Below are positions 63,123 to 64,000 of a stretch of DNA of 64,000 nt, piece by piece. Below the pieces are notes generated by a model. The model did not search any database, was not told the origin of the DNA, and worked only from the letters and a program-made list of their open reading frames with translations. The DNA is from a virus (lineage: Duplodnaviria; Heunggongvirae; Uroviricota; Caudoviricetes): IMG/VR virus record IMGVR_UViG_3300038450_000150; one strand, given 5' to 3'. The position numbers were made by a program, and so were the translations under genes. The first letter of the stretch is position 1. Each line of letters opens with the position of its first letter.

Positions 63123-63592
63123 AATTCATTTCTCCAGTTCTTGATTCTGTAAATTAGGCTGAAACTTGCAGCACCTGGATACCCATTTGATATTGCGTCA
63201 AAGAGCATATGTACGATAAGCCCATTCACAAACGCACCGATAAGCATTGGTGAAATTGGCATTAGTAATATAGAAAAAATTATGGCTTCATAGCTATGAA
63301 ATGGTAAGATAAAATGGTGGTAAGGAGCTAAAGTCTCTGAGAGTTCTGTGACACTTAGAGTAAATCGTTTCTTTCTCAGGAAGAAATCGACTTGATGATC
63401 AAAGTCCACAAGAACAGCACCTAATAGAAATGGGATGATTAATGTTGGTGTCCAAATGAAACCGAACATAATCAGAAAGATGACCGATACAAAGAAATGA
63501 TATTTTGCCATCAAAACTTTTTCCACATCCCAAGGAACCAAGGAACCTTTGTTCCATCTATATCCAGTACAGTTGAATATTGTGTTAGACAT
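63119..63592 (-). CDS. polytopic membrane protein (157 aa)
   Basis: Four or five hydrophobic helices. Overlaps the GT2 start by 4 nt. Confidence 0.35.
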   Translation of the reverse strand: MSNTIFNCTGYRWNKGSLVPWDVEKVLMAKYHFFVSVIFLIMFGFIWTPTLIIPFLLGAVLVDFDHQVDFFLRKKRFTLSVTELSETLAPYHHFILPFHSYEAIIFSILLMPISPMLIGAFVNGLIVHMLFDAISNGYPGAASFSLIYRIKNWRNEF

Positions 63593-64000
63593 AAATACTC
63601 TTCGTGATTTACGACAATTTTTGACTCATTTTTATTCCTCATTTGTTTGTTTTGCCATAATAAATTACTATTTTCCATCCAGAGATTGTGTTGATGTAGA
63701 CCGAGCCATTTGTTGCAATCTGCTACTTTTATGTCACCACAAACTATTAGGATTCCGTTTGGTTTTAAGACTGTATTAATCCCTTTAAATGTTTGTTCTG
63801 GATTATCTCCGTGATCTATTGAATTGCTTGCATAGATCATATGAATTGAATTTGGTTTAAAAAGTTCAGCAATTTCCTCTCCTCTGCCTCTCAGAAGAAA
63901 GTCTCTCCCACCAAATTCTCTCTTAAAATCATCTGCAAGAGGATCAATTGCCCTCAAATCAAAAAGACCATCATCATATCCTTTGGTGAGTCTAGAACGT
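63511..64000 (-). CDS. SAM-dependent methyltransferase (class I), 5' end beyond the window
   Basis: The reading frame stays open to position 64000; the track start at 63957 is a TTG. C-terminal part ...HMIYASNSIDH...VLKPNGILIV is typical of type-11 methyltransferases. Confidence 0.5.
   Translation of the reverse strand, partial: RSRLTKGYDDGLFDLRAIDPLADDFKREFGGRDFLLRGRGEEIAELFKPNSIHMIYASNSIDHGDNPEQTFKGINTVLKPNGILIVCGDIKVADCNKWLGLHQHNLWMENSNLLWQNKQMRNKNESKIVVNHEEYLCLTQYSTVLDIDGTKVPWFLGMWKKF

Noticed and set aside
1-64000. CRISPR arrays, integrase/transposase, rRNA, ribosomal proteins
   Set aside because: Looked for direct-repeat arrays and tyrosine- or serine-recombinase and DDE signatures; none seen. 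The only repeats are the pentamer tracts, TTATGATA and TCGCTTTT.
1-64000. Eukaryotic giant-virus (NCLDV) origin, suggested by collagen-like proteins, TFIIB-like factor, RFC/PCNA and AP2-HNH
   Set aside because: The fixed 20-nt TATA-to-ATG spacing, leaderless genes, BRE-like flank, tRNAs with encoded CCA and an intron-like insertion, NrdD and a family-4 UDG fit archaeal transcription and translation better. The call remains tentative without phylogeny.

Overview
This is a gene-dense, AT-rich (about 35-38% GC by eye) 64-kb segment, almost fully coding. Nearly every gene from 99 to 51063 lies on the minus strand; one plus-strand block (51239-56047) and a mixed right end follow. A quasi-palindromic promoter motif (TTTATAAATATTGTGGATT on the + strand; AATCCACAATAT-TTTATAAA-CACAC on the gene strand) occurs more than 30 times, usually 20-35 nt upstream of a start codon (a few instances further), and also precedes the tRNA genes. 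This indicates archaeal-type BRE/TATA transcription with mostly leaderless mRNAs. There are seven tRNA genes, all with encoded CCA and one with an apparent anticodon-region insertion. They decode A/U-rich codons: Lys-UUU, Lys-CUU, Arg-UCU, Ile-GAU, a CAU tRNA and Thr-UGU. The protein content is that of a large dsDNA virus or virus-like element of an (anaerobic) archaeon: family-B DNA polymerase, AEP-type primase-polymerase, PCNA-like clamp, RFC small and large subunits, XPD-like and UvrD-like helicases, Cas4-like nuclease, XPF/Hef-like nuclease, UDG family 4, DenV-like pyrimidine-dimer glycosylase, TFB, anaerobic ribonucleotide reductase NrdD with a radical-SAM activase candidate, a HAD nucleotidase, a Thg1-like tRNA 3'-5' polymerase, and HNH and HNH-AP2 homing endonucleases. 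It also carries dozens of Zn-ribbon mini-proteins, two collagen-like membrane proteins, a flotillin/SPFH protein, a transglutaminase-like surface protein, and a tandem-GH5 surface protein with GT2 and methyltransferase at the right edge. No rRNA, ribosomal proteins, CRISPR array or integrase/transposase were seen. The most unusual, unexplained items are a 5-kb operon of about 24 tightly packed small basic proteins containing a paralogous betaalphabetabeta-like family, two G-free (NNNAC)n pentamer-periodic tracts, a roughly 200-nt GC-rich probable ncRNA, and AT-hook tails on membrane proteins.
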